Part shown: positions 63,436-64,000 of the stretch, piece after piece
Position numbering within the stretch: the stretch's first letter is position 1
How the letters are laid out: the number at the start of each line of letters is the position of its first letter
Source of the DNA: a virus
Taxonomy: Duplodnaviria > Heunggongvirae > Uroviricota > Caudoviricetes
Virus record (IMG/VR): IMGVR_UViG_3300037067_009442
Coordinates: 1-64,000 of that record
DNA length: 64,000 nt
Direction: 5' to 3' (one strand)
Made by a program: the position numbers and the translations under genes
Notes under the pieces: generated by a model
Told to the model about the DNA's origin: nothing
Databases searched by the model: none
What the model saw: the letters and a program-made list of their open reading frames with translations, nothing else

Positions 63436-63680
63436 TGTACTTCATCAGTGAGTTCTTGAATCAGGTCGTAGCCAAATAGTTGGCGTAGTAGTGTAAACCT
63501 CACAGAATTATGGGAGGCTCGTCCACTCCAAGAGGGGTTCTTACTCTGAGTGGTTGCTAGTCGTAGTTGTACATCTTCATCAACTACAGACTTCACCACG
63601 GTCTTGAGGGTCTCTCGCTGGACTTCAATTACTGGGGAGGGCATGACTAACCCTTGTAACCCTTGATGACTTTCCACCAA
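63432..63680 (-). CDS. hypothetical protein
   Basis: Coupled to ThiF. Confidence 0.5.
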   Translation of the reverse strand: MVESHQGLQGLVMPSPVIEVQRETLKTVVKSVVDEDVQLRLATTQSKNPSWSGRASHNSVRFTLLRQLFGYDLIQELTDEVQ

Positions 63681-63754
63681 GTATGGCCCTTCCCCGCCAC
63701 AAACCCAAGTACCAAACCTACTGCGAACACGAACAGACTAAACATAGCGATTCC

Positions 63755-64000
63755 TTAGGAACTCCAGTGACTACAGAGGTGCCAGCCTAACATACCCGTA
63801 GTCTTTAGGTTGTACTTTTTGACATATTCCAGCACCATTTTATTGGCCACCGGCGTATCGACCAGAGCCAAGTCCCGTGCGTGGATGTCAAGAGGGTAAC
63901 CTCTTTCGGCTTGATACTGCGGGCCGAAGCTAACGATATGCATCGGGTAGGAACAGCTGCAGTGGGTCAGGATTCGAATCCCATCCGCGTCCTTACCTGT
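63755..64000 (-). CDS. hypothetical protein, 5'-truncated by window edge
   Basis: Frame open from 64000 (TGKDADGIRILTHCSCSYPMHIV...). Confidence 0.6.
   Translation of the reverse strand, partial: TGKDADGIRILTHCSCSYPMHIVSFGPQYQAERGYPLDIHARDLALVDTPVANKMVLEYVKKYNLKTTGMLGWHLCSHWSS

Noticed and set aside
63960-64000. GGATTCGAATCC resembling a tRNA T-loop
   Set aside because: Lacks the G53-C61 pair and T-stem; lies in an open minus-strand frame continuing into the 63755 ORF

Overview
64 kb of densely packed, mostly short genes on both strands, best explained as the accessory / host-takeover region of a large (jumbo-type) bacteriophage, probably with a Gram-negative host (OmpA-domain protein). This assignment is inferred; no capsid, terminase or polymerase gene is in the window. 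Recognisable genes: a five-gene module (two coiled-coil proteins plus an NMT1/SsuA-like SBP-OmpA fusion, ABC permease and ABC ATPase), two GHKL (MORC/Hsp90-like) ATPases, two solo TnpB nucleases, macrodomain, CYTH, HNH-like protein, histone H1-like protein, stand-alone PheRS-alpha N-terminal coiled coil, HicB-like fusion, ankyrin protein, Tad2/DUF2829-like protein, N4/N6 DNA methyltransferase, Eco29kI-like GIY-YIG nuclease, AAA+ ATPase, thioredoxin, Rnl2-like RNA ligase and a ThiF/MoeB E1-like enzyme. Most striking unexplained structure: (1) a C-terminal peptide tag P-T-R-F-E-R on 9 mostly unrelated proteins; (2) an N-terminal tag D/E-[VIL]-E-[EDS]-[YF]-W on 8 other proteins; (3) two promoter-like classes at fixed distance from start codons (GTTGAGAT-N16-TAG[G/T]AT giving leaderless mRNAs, and a single-box GGTGTA-N8-10-ATG); (4) a pair of related structured ncRNAs at 29.1-29.7 kb; (5) a small GG-terminated protein near the E1-like enzyme. 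All family calls are from motif recognition by eye, not database searches.
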